Source: Chthoniobacteraceae bacterium (lineage in GTDB: Bacteria; Verrucomicrobiota; Verrucomicrobiia; Chthoniobacterales; Chthoniobacteraceae). From it: 64,000 nucleotides of DNA. The DNA lies in NCBI GenBank assembly GCA_040081625.1, contig JBEBGD010000008.1:1-64000 (forward strand). Reading direction: 5' to 3'. Below are positions 32,283 through 40,348 of the stretch, one piece after another. The notes under the pieces are model-generated. The model searched no databases, was not told the DNA's origin, and saw nothing but the letters and a program-made list of their open reading frames with translations. Position numbers and translations under genes: made by a program. How positions within the stretch are numbered: position 1 is the first letter of the stretch; each line of letters opens with the position of its first letter.

Positions 32283-33067
32283 AGCTTCTCCCCCGCGAGG
32301 CGAACGGCGACGAGCACGACGAGCGCGAGCGCGACCATGAGCAGGCTGACGGCGATGGCGGCTTCGAGCCGGCCGACGCTTAGTTCGATGAATACGCTCG
32401 TCGGCAGCACCTCGGTTTTCATCCGCGTCGCGCCGGCGAAGACGAGGATCGGCCCGAACTCGCCGAGGCTGCGCGCCCACGCGATGCTGAACGCGGCGAA
32501 CATGCCGCGTCGCGCGGCGGGCAGCGTGACGAGCCACACGGCCTGTCCGCGCGAGCAGCCGAGCGTCATCGCGACATTCTCCGGGCGCGCCGAGAGGTGG
32601 TCGAAGACGCCGCGCATCGTGCGCACGGCGAAGGCGGCGCCGATGATGAACTGCGCGAGGACGACGCCGTAGATCGTGTAGGTGAACGGGATCGCGCGCT
32701 CGATGAGCTTGCCCGCTCCGGTTTGAAAGAAGATGAGCAGGCACAAGCCGACAACGAGCGGCGGCAGCACGATCGGGATGTCGAGCATCGCGTCGAGCAG
32801 CGGCTTGCCGGGGAAGCGTCCGCGCGAGAGCAGGTAGCCGACGGGGGTGGCGAGCAGCAGCGCGAGCAGCGAGGACGCCGTGCAGGTGACGAGGCTCAGG
32901 CCGATCGAGTATCGGATCTCGGGCGAGTTGAGCGCGGCGAGAAGGTGGTGCGGCGACGTGTAGGTCGCGGTCGCGCCGATCAGCGCGAGGAGAAAGGCGA
33001 GGTAGAGCCCGGCGACGATCGCAAGGGCGATCCAGAATGGAGTGGGCCGCGGGAGCGGCGCGCTCAC
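32279..33067 (-). CDS. ABC transporter permease (ModB/WtpB-like)
   Basis: DIPIVLPPLVVGL, AMTLGCSR, WARSLGEFG. Confidence 0.9.
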   Translation of the reverse strand: MSAPLPRPTPFWIALAIVAGLYLAFLLALIGATATYTSPHHLLAALNSPEIRYSIGLSLVTCTASSLLALLLATPVGYLLSRGRFPGKPLLDAMLDIPIVLPPLVVGLCLLIFFQTGAGKLIERAIPFTYTIYGVVLAQFIIGAAFAVRTMRGVFDHLSARPENVAMTLGCSRGQAVWLVTLPAARRGMFAAFSIAWARSLGEFGPILVFAGATRMKTEVLPTSVFIELSVGRLEAAIAVSLLMVALALVVLVAVRLAGEKL

Positions 33068-34599
33068 TTTTCCTTCAGCCACTCCGGCACCTCGATGTCC
33101 TTGCTCTTGAGCGCGGGCTCGTCGCCACGCCACTGGAAACCGGATTGCTCGAACTGGCCGCGGTTGGCCTTGAGGTAGGCGAGCAGCCGCAGGCCGAGCT
33201 GGTAGTTGGGCGAGGTGTGGCGCACGGCGAAAGGCTGGATGGCTTTCGCGCCCTCGTGCTCGATGGTGAGAAAGTCGAGGTGCTCGCCAGCGGCGGCCAG
33301 CACGTTCACGCGATAGACGACAGCCGCATCGAGACCGCCGGCGCGGATCTGAGTCACGAGCAAGTCGGCGGTCGGCGTCTCGACGACGACGTTTTTGCGC
33401 ACGCTCGCGTCGAGGCCGGAGGACTTGAGCATCCCGCGCGTCATGTAGCCGAGCGTGGATTGCTCGGCGTTGCAGAGACCGACTTTGAGATCGGGCTGCG
33501 CGAGGTCGGCGAGCGTCTTCACGCCGCGCGGATTGCCTTTGCGCACGACGATGCCGATGTCGGTCTGGGTGAGGATGACGGCCTCTGGAAAGGCCTCGGC
33601 GACCGGGGGGACGAAGCAGAGGTCGCAGGCGAAATAGGCGTCGGGGAACTTCGGGTTGGTCGCGTCGCCCATCGTTTTCATCGTCGCGCAGAGGATGCCG
33701 CAGCCATTGAAAACGGTCGTGATGCTCACGCCTTCGCGGTCGGCGAACTTTTTCAGCAGACCCTCGATTGCCGGCCGGTTCACTCCGCCGCTGTAAAGAA
33801 TCAGCTCGGGTTTCTCGGCCCAGTTGTCGCCGTTCGCGGGCGTGAAACCGCCGGCCTTGAAGATCGCGCCGCCTTTGTCCGGCGCGGTGAGGTAGCGCGC
33901 GAACCGCAACGCGGCGGCGGTCTGCGTGCAGGAGGCGAGCACCGTCGCCGACGCGTTCTCGCTGCGCTCGGAAAGGACGGGCACTTCGACAGCTTCCGTG
34001 TCCTTGAATTGCGCGACGGTCGCGTCCCACACGATCGCGGCATCGACAGTGCCGAGCGCGAGGTCGGCGATGATCTCGGTGACGGTCGGTTTCATCACCG
34101 CGGCGCGCGCGGCGAGCTTCGGCCATGTGTCGCCGAGCACGGCTTTGGACACGCGCGAGATGCTCGCGGCCTCGGGGTTCGCGAGGGCGAGCTTCACGTC
34201 GTCGCGCAGCAGGTCGTCGATGGACTTGATGGACTTTGGATTTCCCGCGCGCACGGCGATGACGGGGCGCTGCTTTGCGAGCGGGAGGACTTCGCGGGCG
34301 AGGTCGGCTTTGCGCGCATCGGCGAGGACGCCGTCGTCGGCGGCGATGAAAAGATCGCCCTGCTTCGCGACGCGGAGCTGGCTGAGCAGCGTGCCGCTGC
34401 CGCCGAACTGCAGCCGGACCTCGACGCCGGACTCGCGCTGGTATTGCTGCGCGGCGGCCTCTACCGGCGCGCGTAACCCGGCGGCGCAGAAGACGGTGAG
34501 CGACTGCGCACCTACGCCGGGCGCGGAGCGTTGCTGGTAGAACGCGACGCCGCCGAGCAGCAGCGCGAGCGCGACGAGGATGAGGGCGAGCTTTTTCAT
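33064..34599 (-). CDS. Molybdate/tungstate-like substrate-binding protein with two tandem ModA-type domains
   Basis: Domain 1: VFCAAGL, FGGSGTL, DLFIAAD. Domain 2: LYSGGVNR, FNGCGILC, DAYFACD. Both have GNP..(I/V)K...DL and DAA(I/V)V motifs. Confidence 0.82.
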   Translation of the reverse strand: MKKLALILVALALLLGGVAFYQQRSAPGVGAQSLTVFCAAGLRAPVEAAAQQYQRESGVEVRLQFGGSGTLLSQLRVAKQGDLFIAADDGVLADARKADLAREVLPLAKQRPVIAVRAGNPKSIKSIDDLLRDDVKLALANPEAASISRVSKAVLGDTWPKLAARAAVMKPTVTEIIADLALGTVDAAIVWDATVAQFKDTEAVEVPVLSERSENASATVLASCTQTAAALRFARYLTAPDKGGAIFKAGGFTPANGDNWAEKPELILYSGGVNRPAIEGLLKKFADREGVSITTVFNGCGILCATMKTMGDATNPKFPDAYFACDLCFVPPVAEAFPEAVILTQTDIGIVVRKGNPRGVKTLADLAQPDLKVGLCNAEQSTLGYMTRGMLKSSGLDASVRKNVVVETPTADLLVTQIRAGGLDAAVVYRVNVLAAAGEHLDFLTIEHEGAKAIQPFAVRHTSPNYQLGLRLLAYLKANRGQFEQSGFQWRGDEPALKSKDIEVPEWLKEK

Positions 34600-35591
34600 G
34601 GGGATCGACGCATCATCCACCAACCGAAGCCGCAGCCAAGGATGACTAACGCGATTACGCCGAGCATCGGGATCCGCGGGGGACGCGCGGGCTCAGCGGC
34701 GGGGAGCGGATCGGCGGCGGCGATGGTGACGGTCTCGATGGCGGGCGGCGCGGGCGCCGGCGCGGTCCCGACCACGGCGGGGAAGCCGATCGCGCGCAGC
34801 TTCTCATCCCAGTCGGCAGTGAGCAGCAGGTCCCATCCGGGGTTCATCCGCTTCACCTGGCACGAGCACGCGCCGAGCAGGAAGAGGCACGCCTCGTCGA
34901 TCTGCTCGTCGCCGAATCCTTCCGCCGGCCACGCGCCGAGCACGCGACCGCGGCCGAAGACGAGCGCGAACCACGGGGCGGCGGGCGCGTCCTCGGCGCC
35001 GGCGAGCAGCTTCACGAAGGTCTGCTCGGCGGCGTCGCCGGCGGGCACGCGCAGGAGAGAGAAGCCGACGCGCAGCGCGGGGCCGGGGCCGAGTTTGCTG
35101 GTGGGATCGGTCGGGTCGATGACCGGGAGTTGCGCGACTTGCTCGAGGTAGCGCAGGCGCTTCTCCAGGGTCGCCGCCGCGGCGTCGTCGGCGTCGCGAC
35201 GGCCGCTCTCGACGAGCACCCACACACCGTTTTCACCCGAGAGGATGCGGCGGACGATCTCGGCGCGCGCGGGCGAGTCGGTGAGCGTGGCGAGCGCGGG
35301 GCCGAGCGCGCCGGTCCACGCGGTCGCGGCGTCGGGGAAGACGAGGCGCGAGGCTTCCGGCACGCGCGCGATCTCGATGTTGATCGGCGTGCTGTCGGTG
35401 AAGTTGCGTAGGAACTTTGCGACGCCTTCGTCGGCCGCGTCGGCGGTGGAGACTTCGAGGCGGAACTTGTCCGCCGGCCAGCGATCGAGCGCGTAGCGGA
35501 AGACGGGGATGCTGCACGCGTGCGCGACTGAACCGAGCGCGAGCACGGCGAGGAGAGCACGGGAGAGATGGGGGCGATGGGACGGATTCAA
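34596..35591 (-). CDS. Uncharacterised exported protein with CSIPVFRYALDRW start, CSC motif and C-terminal TM
   Basis: Signal-like segment ending VAHA|C, LGACSCQVKRMNPGWDLL, C-terminal hydrophobic anchor; coupled to the modA-like gene. Start (TTG) uncertain. Confidence 0.65.
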   Translation of the reverse strand: MNPSHRPHLSRALLAVLALGSVAHACSIPVFRYALDRWPADKFRLEVSTADAADEGVAKFLRNFTDSTPINIEIARVPEASRLVFPDAATAWTGALGPALATLTDSPARAEIVRRILSGENGVWVLVESGRRDADDAAAATLEKRLRYLEQVAQLPVIDPTDPTSKLGPGPALRVGFSLLRVPAGDAAEQTFVKLLAGAEDAPAAPWFALVFGRGRVLGAWPAEGFGDEQIDEACLFLLGACSCQVKRMNPGWDLLLTADWDEKLRAIGFPAVVGTAPAPAPPAIETVTIAAADPLPAAEPARPPRIPMLGVIALVILGCGFGWWMMRRSP

Positions 35592-35656
35592 CGGGCGGTG
35601 ACGCTGCGGGCGATGCGCGTCGTGGGCAAACTGCGCTTTCAGGCTGGCGCGCGGTT

Positions 35657-37099
35657 TTAGCGCAGCGGCACGAAGGTGGACGCGAGCCACACGAGCACGA
35701 GGCCGGCGATGGAGTTCACGGTGAGCATCACCGTCCAGCTCCGCAGGGTCTCGCTCTCGGTCATGCCGCTGAGGCGGTTCACGACCCAGAAGCCGGAGTC
35801 GTTCATCCACGAGCCGGCGAAGCCGCCGAAGCCGATGGCGAGGAAGAGATACATCGGGTGATACGGCAGCGGCGGGTTGGTCGCGGGGTCGATCATCGGC
35901 CAGAGGATCGCCGACGTGGTGAGCATCGCGACGGTCGCGGAGCCTTGCGCGATGCGGAGCACGGCGGAGACGAGCCAGCCGAGCAGGATGAGGCTGATGC
36001 CATGGCCGTCCGCGACCGTCTTGATCGCTTCGCCGACGCCCGCGTTCCGCAACATCCCGCCGAACGCGCCACCCGCGGCGGTAATGAGGATGATGACACC
36101 GGCGGTCTCGATCGGCGCTCCGAGCAACTTCTCGACTTCGGCGAAGGTAAAGTGCCGCTGCCTGGCGAGCGTCCACAGGGCGAAGACTGTGCCGAGGGCG
36201 AGCGCGATGTTTTTGTTTCCGAGGAAGAGCAGCGTCTCGGCCCACAGCGGCAGCGCTTCGGGCGCGACGCCGGGGTGCATGATCTTCGCGGCGGACGCGA
36301 AGCTGATGAGCAGGATCGGCAGGATGACGGGCGTGATGCTCGCGAGGAAGGACGGCAGCTCATTCTCGGGCCGGGCCGAAATGCCCTCGACCTCGGCGAG
36401 CGTCACGCCGGGCACTTCGCGCAGGGGGACTTCCATCCGCGAGTTGATCCAGCGCGCGATGAGATAGCCGATGCCGCACGGCACGATGCCCGCGCCGATG
36501 CCCCAGAGCAGCGACGCGCCCGCGTCCACCTTGAGATTGTCCACCATCGCGAGCGGCCCCGGGTGCGGCACGGTGAGCGAATGCGTGATGACGCCGCCGC
36601 AGCAGATGCACAGGAGGTAGAGCAGATAGTCCTTGCCCGTGCGCAGCCGCAGCGCGCGGGCGAGCGGCACCATGAGCATGAACATCGTGTCGAAAAAGAT
36701 CGGGATGCTGAGGAAGTAAGTGCTGGTGAGGATCGCGAGCGCGGCGCGTTTTTCGCCGAAGACGGCGAGGAAACGGCGCACGACCTTGTCCGCCGCGCCG
36801 CTCTCCATGAGGCAGAGGCCGATGATCGACGCGAGGCCGATCGAGATCGCGATCGAGCCCGCAGCCTTGCCGAACTCAATGCTCGTCAGCTCGACCGCGG
36901 CGACGAAGTGGCTGGCCTTCGCGTCGTAGTTGAGCGCCTTCACCGCATCGGGCGCGAAGCTATCGGTCAGGAACCCGGCCAGAAACGCCGCGCCGATGAG
37001 CGCGATGAAGGCGTGGACACGCAGCACGGAGATCATCGTGATGACAGCCGCGATGCTGATGAACATCACAACGAACGGCCACGGAATCGGCGAAGACAT
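35657..37099 (-). CDS. GntP-family (gluconate-like) permease
   Basis: HAFIAL, SIPIFFDT, VPHPGP, ILITAAGGAFG, RIAQGSATVA, SWMNDSGFW; alternative start 37114. Confidence 0.88.
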   Translation of the reverse strand: MSSPIPWPFVVMFISIAAVITMISVLRVHAFIALIGAAFLAGFLTDSFAPDAVKALNYDAKASHFVAAVELTSIEFGKAAGSIAISIGLASIIGLCLMESGAADKVVRRFLAVFGEKRAALAILTSTYFLSIPIFFDTMFMLMVPLARALRLRTGKDYLLYLLCICCGGVITHSLTVPHPGPLAMVDNLKVDAGASLLWGIGAGIVPCGIGYLIARWINSRMEVPLREVPGVTLAEVEGISARPENELPSFLASITPVILPILLISFASAAKIMHPGVAPEALPLWAETLLFLGNKNIALALGTVFALWTLARQRHFTFAEVEKLLGAPIETAGVIILITAAGGAFGGMLRNAGVGEAIKTVADGHGISLILLGWLVSAVLRIAQGSATVAMLTTSAILWPMIDPATNPPLPYHPMYLFLAIGFGGFAGSWMNDSGFWVVNRLSGMTESETLRSWTVMLTVNSIAGLVLVWLASTFVPLR

Positions 37100-37190
37100 G
37101 GCGAGAGTGAACATGGGCGCGTCTTGTGCCGGGGCGCGCGGGGAGGCGCAAGCGCTGGATTTCCGCGCCGGCGCGCGAGAAGCTCCGCGC

Positions 37191-37661
37191 ATGACGAAGC
37201 CACTCCAACCCGGCGACCAAGCTCCCGCCTTCACCGCGCCCGGCGTCGGCGGCAGCCATGACGGCCGGCGCGTCTCGCTCGCAAGTCTGCGCGGCCGGAC
37301 GGTCGTGCTCTACTTCTACCCGAAGGACGACACGCCCGGCTGCACCACGCAGGCGTGCGGCGTGCGCGATGCGTGGCGCGAGCTTTCGGCGAAGGCGGAG
37401 GTCTTCGGCGTGAGCATCGACAGCGCGGCGAGCCACGCGAAATTCATCAAGAAACACGCGCTCCCGTTCCCGATCCTCGTCGATGAAGACCACGCGCTGG
37501 TCGATGCGTTCGGCGTTTGGGTGGAGAAGTCGATGTATGGGCGTAAATACATGGGCACCGAGCGCAGCACATTCGTCATCGGGCCGGACGGAAAACTGCG
37601 CGCAATCTTCCGCAAGGTGAAGCCCGCGGAGCACGTCGCGCAGGTGCTCGCGGTGCTCTGA
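37191..37661 (+). CDS. bcp: Peroxiredoxin Bcp/PrxQ
   Basis: VLYFYPKDDTPGCTTQAC, ERSTFVIG. Confidence 0.92.
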   Translation: MTKPLQPGDQAPAFTAPGVGGSHDGRRVSLASLRGRTVVLYFYPKDDTPGCTTQACGVRDAWRELSAKAEVFGVSIDSAASHAKFIKKHALPFPILVDEDHALVDAFGVWVEKSMYGRKYMGTERSTFVIGPDGKLRAIFRKVKPAEHVAQVLAVL

Positions 37662-37666
37662 GGCAG

Positions 37667-38521
37667 CTACTGCGCGCCCGCTTTCACGCCGCTCATCGGG
37701 TAGGCCGATACCGCGTCCCACGCGATCTGCTGGAGCAAACGGTTGAGCTCCTCCGCGTGCGGCGCGCCCTTGAACTGCTCGGGCAGCGGCAAGCCCACCG
37801 GGCTGCGCTGGCAGATCGCGGCGAAGTGGCAATACGTGACCAGCGCCGCCAGCGGCGCCTGCGGGTGGCCGAGATCGTCGCGAAACAAATCGGTCTGCTT
37901 GCTCAAGCCCGGCGCCTTGCCCTCCGCGAGCCGCGCGCGCAGCGCAAAGACCGCATCGCCCACGGGCACGATGAAAACGCTCTCGCGGCCGACCGACGCA
38001 TTGAGCGCGCGCACCTGCGCCTCGAGGCCGGAGAGCCACGAGGCACGGAAGCCGTCGCGCATCTCGCCGAGACTCTCGACCGTCGCCGCGTTGCGCTCTT
38101 CATTCCTGAATGCGCGGCCCGTCACGCCATCGCGCGGCGGCCACGACGCCTGCACGAGCACGCGCAGTTTCGGGTTCTTCCCGAGGCCGAGCCGCGTGAA
38201 GTTCTCGATGCCTTCGTCCGGCAACAGCAGGTGAGGCGAGAGCGTGAGCACATCCACCTTTCCCTCGCGCAGCGCCGCCTTCGCCAGGTTCTTTTCGTCC
38301 GGCAGATTCCAGTGCTGGATCACGCGCGACCCGCCGATCATCTGCTGCCCCGCGGCGACATAGCCGACGCCCGCCGACTGCGCGACCATCGGCAGCCCCT
38401 TCGCCGTGAAGATCATGAAGCTGTGCGCGCAGACGAAGACGCGCGGGCTCGCCTGGTCGGCGTAAAGCGAGCCGCAGAGCGCGAGGATGAGTGAGGCGAG
38501 GACGGAGCGGAGGTGGATCAT
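37667..38521 (-). CDS. Secreted hypothetical protein (possibly SGNH-like)
   Basis: Signal peptide, AHSF near the N-terminus, QMIGGSRVIQHW, FRDDLGH. Confidence 0.6.
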   Translation of the reverse strand: MIHLRSVLASLILALCGSLYADQASPRVFVCAHSFMIFTAKGLPMVAQSAGVGYVAAGQQMIGGSRVIQHWNLPDEKNLAKAALREGKVDVLTLSPHLLLPDEGIENFTRLGLGKNPKLRVLVQASWPPRDGVTGRAFRNEERNAATVESLGEMRDGFRASWLSGLEAQVRALNASVGRESVFIVPVGDAVFALRARLAEGKAPGLSKQTDLFRDDLGHPQAPLAALVTYCHFAAICQRSPVGLPLPEQFKGAPHAEELNRLLQQIAWDAVSAYPMSGVKAGAQ

Positions 38522-38704
38522 GGCGAAGTGTGGGTGCGGGTCCGGGATGAACACCATCCGCGGCGGAAAGTCACCGCCAACTGCGGAATCGACTGCGCAT
38601 TCAGGTCGGCGGATGCCCGGCATGGAGCCTGGCAGCCGGGAGCGGCGACGGAGCCGCGGCAGTGAACCCGCTGGCGCGCGGGCGATTTGACGGCACTGTC
38701 CGCC

Positions 38705-40246
38705 GTGCCTGAGATCGTCCTCGCCACGCTCAACGCGAAATACATCCACGCCGCCTTCGGGCTGCGTTACCTGCTGGCGAATCTCGGCGAACTGCGCGGG
38801 CGCGCGACGATCGCGGAGTTCGACATCAACCAGCGGCCGATCGAGATCGTCGAGCGGTTGCTCGCGCACGAGCCGCGCATCATCGGGCTCGGCGTCTATA
38901 TTTGGAATGTCGTGCCGACGACCGAAGTCGTGGCGCTGATCAAGCGCGTGCGGCCCGATGTGCGCATCGTGCTCGGCGGGCCGGAGGTCAGCTACGAGTG
39001 CGACGAGCAGGAGATCGTGCGGCTCGCGGATCACACGATCACCGGCGAGGCGGATTTGAAATTCGCCGAGGTCTGCCGCGCGCTGCTGGAAAGCGGAGAG
39101 CGGAATGCGGAGAGCGGAGAGATTGATGGCGTGCGCGTGGCTGATCTTTCCCGTTTCCGCTCTCCGCTCTCCGCTCTCCCCAAGATCATCCCCGCCGAAC
39201 TGCCGCAGCCGGCGCAGCTCGCGCTGCCTTACGAGCTCTACACCGACGACGACATCGCGCATCGCGTGCTCTACGTCGAGGCGTCGCGCGGCTGCCCGTT
39301 CACCTGCGAGTTCTGCCTCTCGTCGCTCGACATCCCGGTGCGCGCGTTTGCGCTCGATGCCTTTCTCGCCGCGCTCGACGGGCTGCTCGCGCGCGGCGCG
39401 CGGCAGTTCAAGTTCGTCGATCGCACCTTCAACCTGCACCTGCCCACCGCCCGCGCGATCCTCGGCATTTTCCTCGAGCGCTGGCGCGACGGATTGTTCG
39501 TCCACTTCGAGATGGTGCCCGACCGGCTGCCGCCCGAGCTGCGCGAATTGATCGCGCAGTTCCCGCCCGGCGCGCTGCAATTCGAGGTCGGCATCCAGAC
39601 CTTCGACGACGCGACCTCGAAGAACATCAGCCGCCGGCAAAATCTCGCGCGGCTCGACGACAACCTCCGCTACCTGCGCGCGGAGACTGGCGTCCACGTC
39701 CACGCCGATCTCATCGTCGGCCTGCCGGGCGAAGACCTCGCGAGTTTCGGGCGCGGCTTCGACCGGCTCGTGGCGCTCGCGCCGCAGGAGATCCAGGTCG
39801 GCATCCTCAAGCGGTTGCGCGGCACGCCGATCGTGCGGCACGACGCGGAGTTCGCGATGATCTACTCGCCGGAGCCGCCCTACGAAATCCTCCAGACGCG
39901 CGACATCGACTTCGCCGCGATGCAGCGGATGCGCCGGTTCGCGCGCTACTGGGATCTCGTGGCAAACAGCGGCCGCTTCGCGCGGGCGCTGCCGCTTTTG
40001 TGGAGGGACGCGTCGCCGTTCGAGCGGTTCCTGCGCTTCAGCGACTGGCTGCACGCGCGCCTGCGCCGCACGCACGAGATCGCGCTGAACACGCTCGCGG
40101 AGTCGCTCTCGGTTTTCCTCACCGACGAGTTGGGAATCGGCGAGGCCGATGCCGCGGCTGCGCTAGCGGGCACTCGCGAACGCAGCCCTGGCGAAAGCCG
40201 GCAGCGGCTGCGCCGCCAGGCGCGGCACACCGCAGGATCGGTCTGA
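38705..40246 (+). CDS. B12-binding radical SAM protein (DUF4080-associated type)
   Basis: [53 protein letters not shown]. Confidence 0.9.
   Translation: MPEIVLATLNAKYIHAAFGLRYLLANLGELRGRATIAEFDINQRPIEIVERLLAHEPRIIGLGVYIWNVVPTTEVVALIKRVRPDVRIVLGGPEVSYECDEQEIVRLADHTITGEADLKFAEVCRALLESGERNAESGEIDGVRVADLSRFRSPLSALPKIIPAELPQPAQLALPYELYTDDDIAHRVLYVEASRGCPFTCEFCLSSLDIPVRAFALDAFLAALDGLLARGARQFKFVDRTFNLHLPTARAILGIFLERWRDGLFVHFEMVPDRLPPELRELIAQFPPGALQFEVGIQTFDDATSKNISRRQNLARLDDNLRYLRAETGVHVHADLIVGLPGEDLASFGRGFDRLVALAPQEIQVGILKRLRGTPIVRHDAEFAMIYSPEPPYEILQTRDIDFAAMQRMRRFARYWDLVANSGRFARALPLLWRDASPFERFLRFSDWLHARLRRTHEIALNTLAESLSVFLTDELGIGEADAAAALAGTRERSPGESRQRLRRQARHTAGSV
39093..39180. repeat. Inverted heptamer repeats (gcggaga)n ... 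(tctccgc)n within the radical SAM gene
   Basis: gcggaga gcggaat gcggaga gcggaga at 39093-39120; tttccgc tctccgc tctccgc tctccc at 39154-39180. Confidence 0.85.
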
Positions 40247-40348
40247 ACAGGCGTCCGACCCGCGGCGCGAGTCTCGCACGGTGGACGCGCAGTTTGGACT
40301 TCCATCCCGTCATGGGCGGCGAATAGCGTGTCGCGCGGAGAGTAACCC

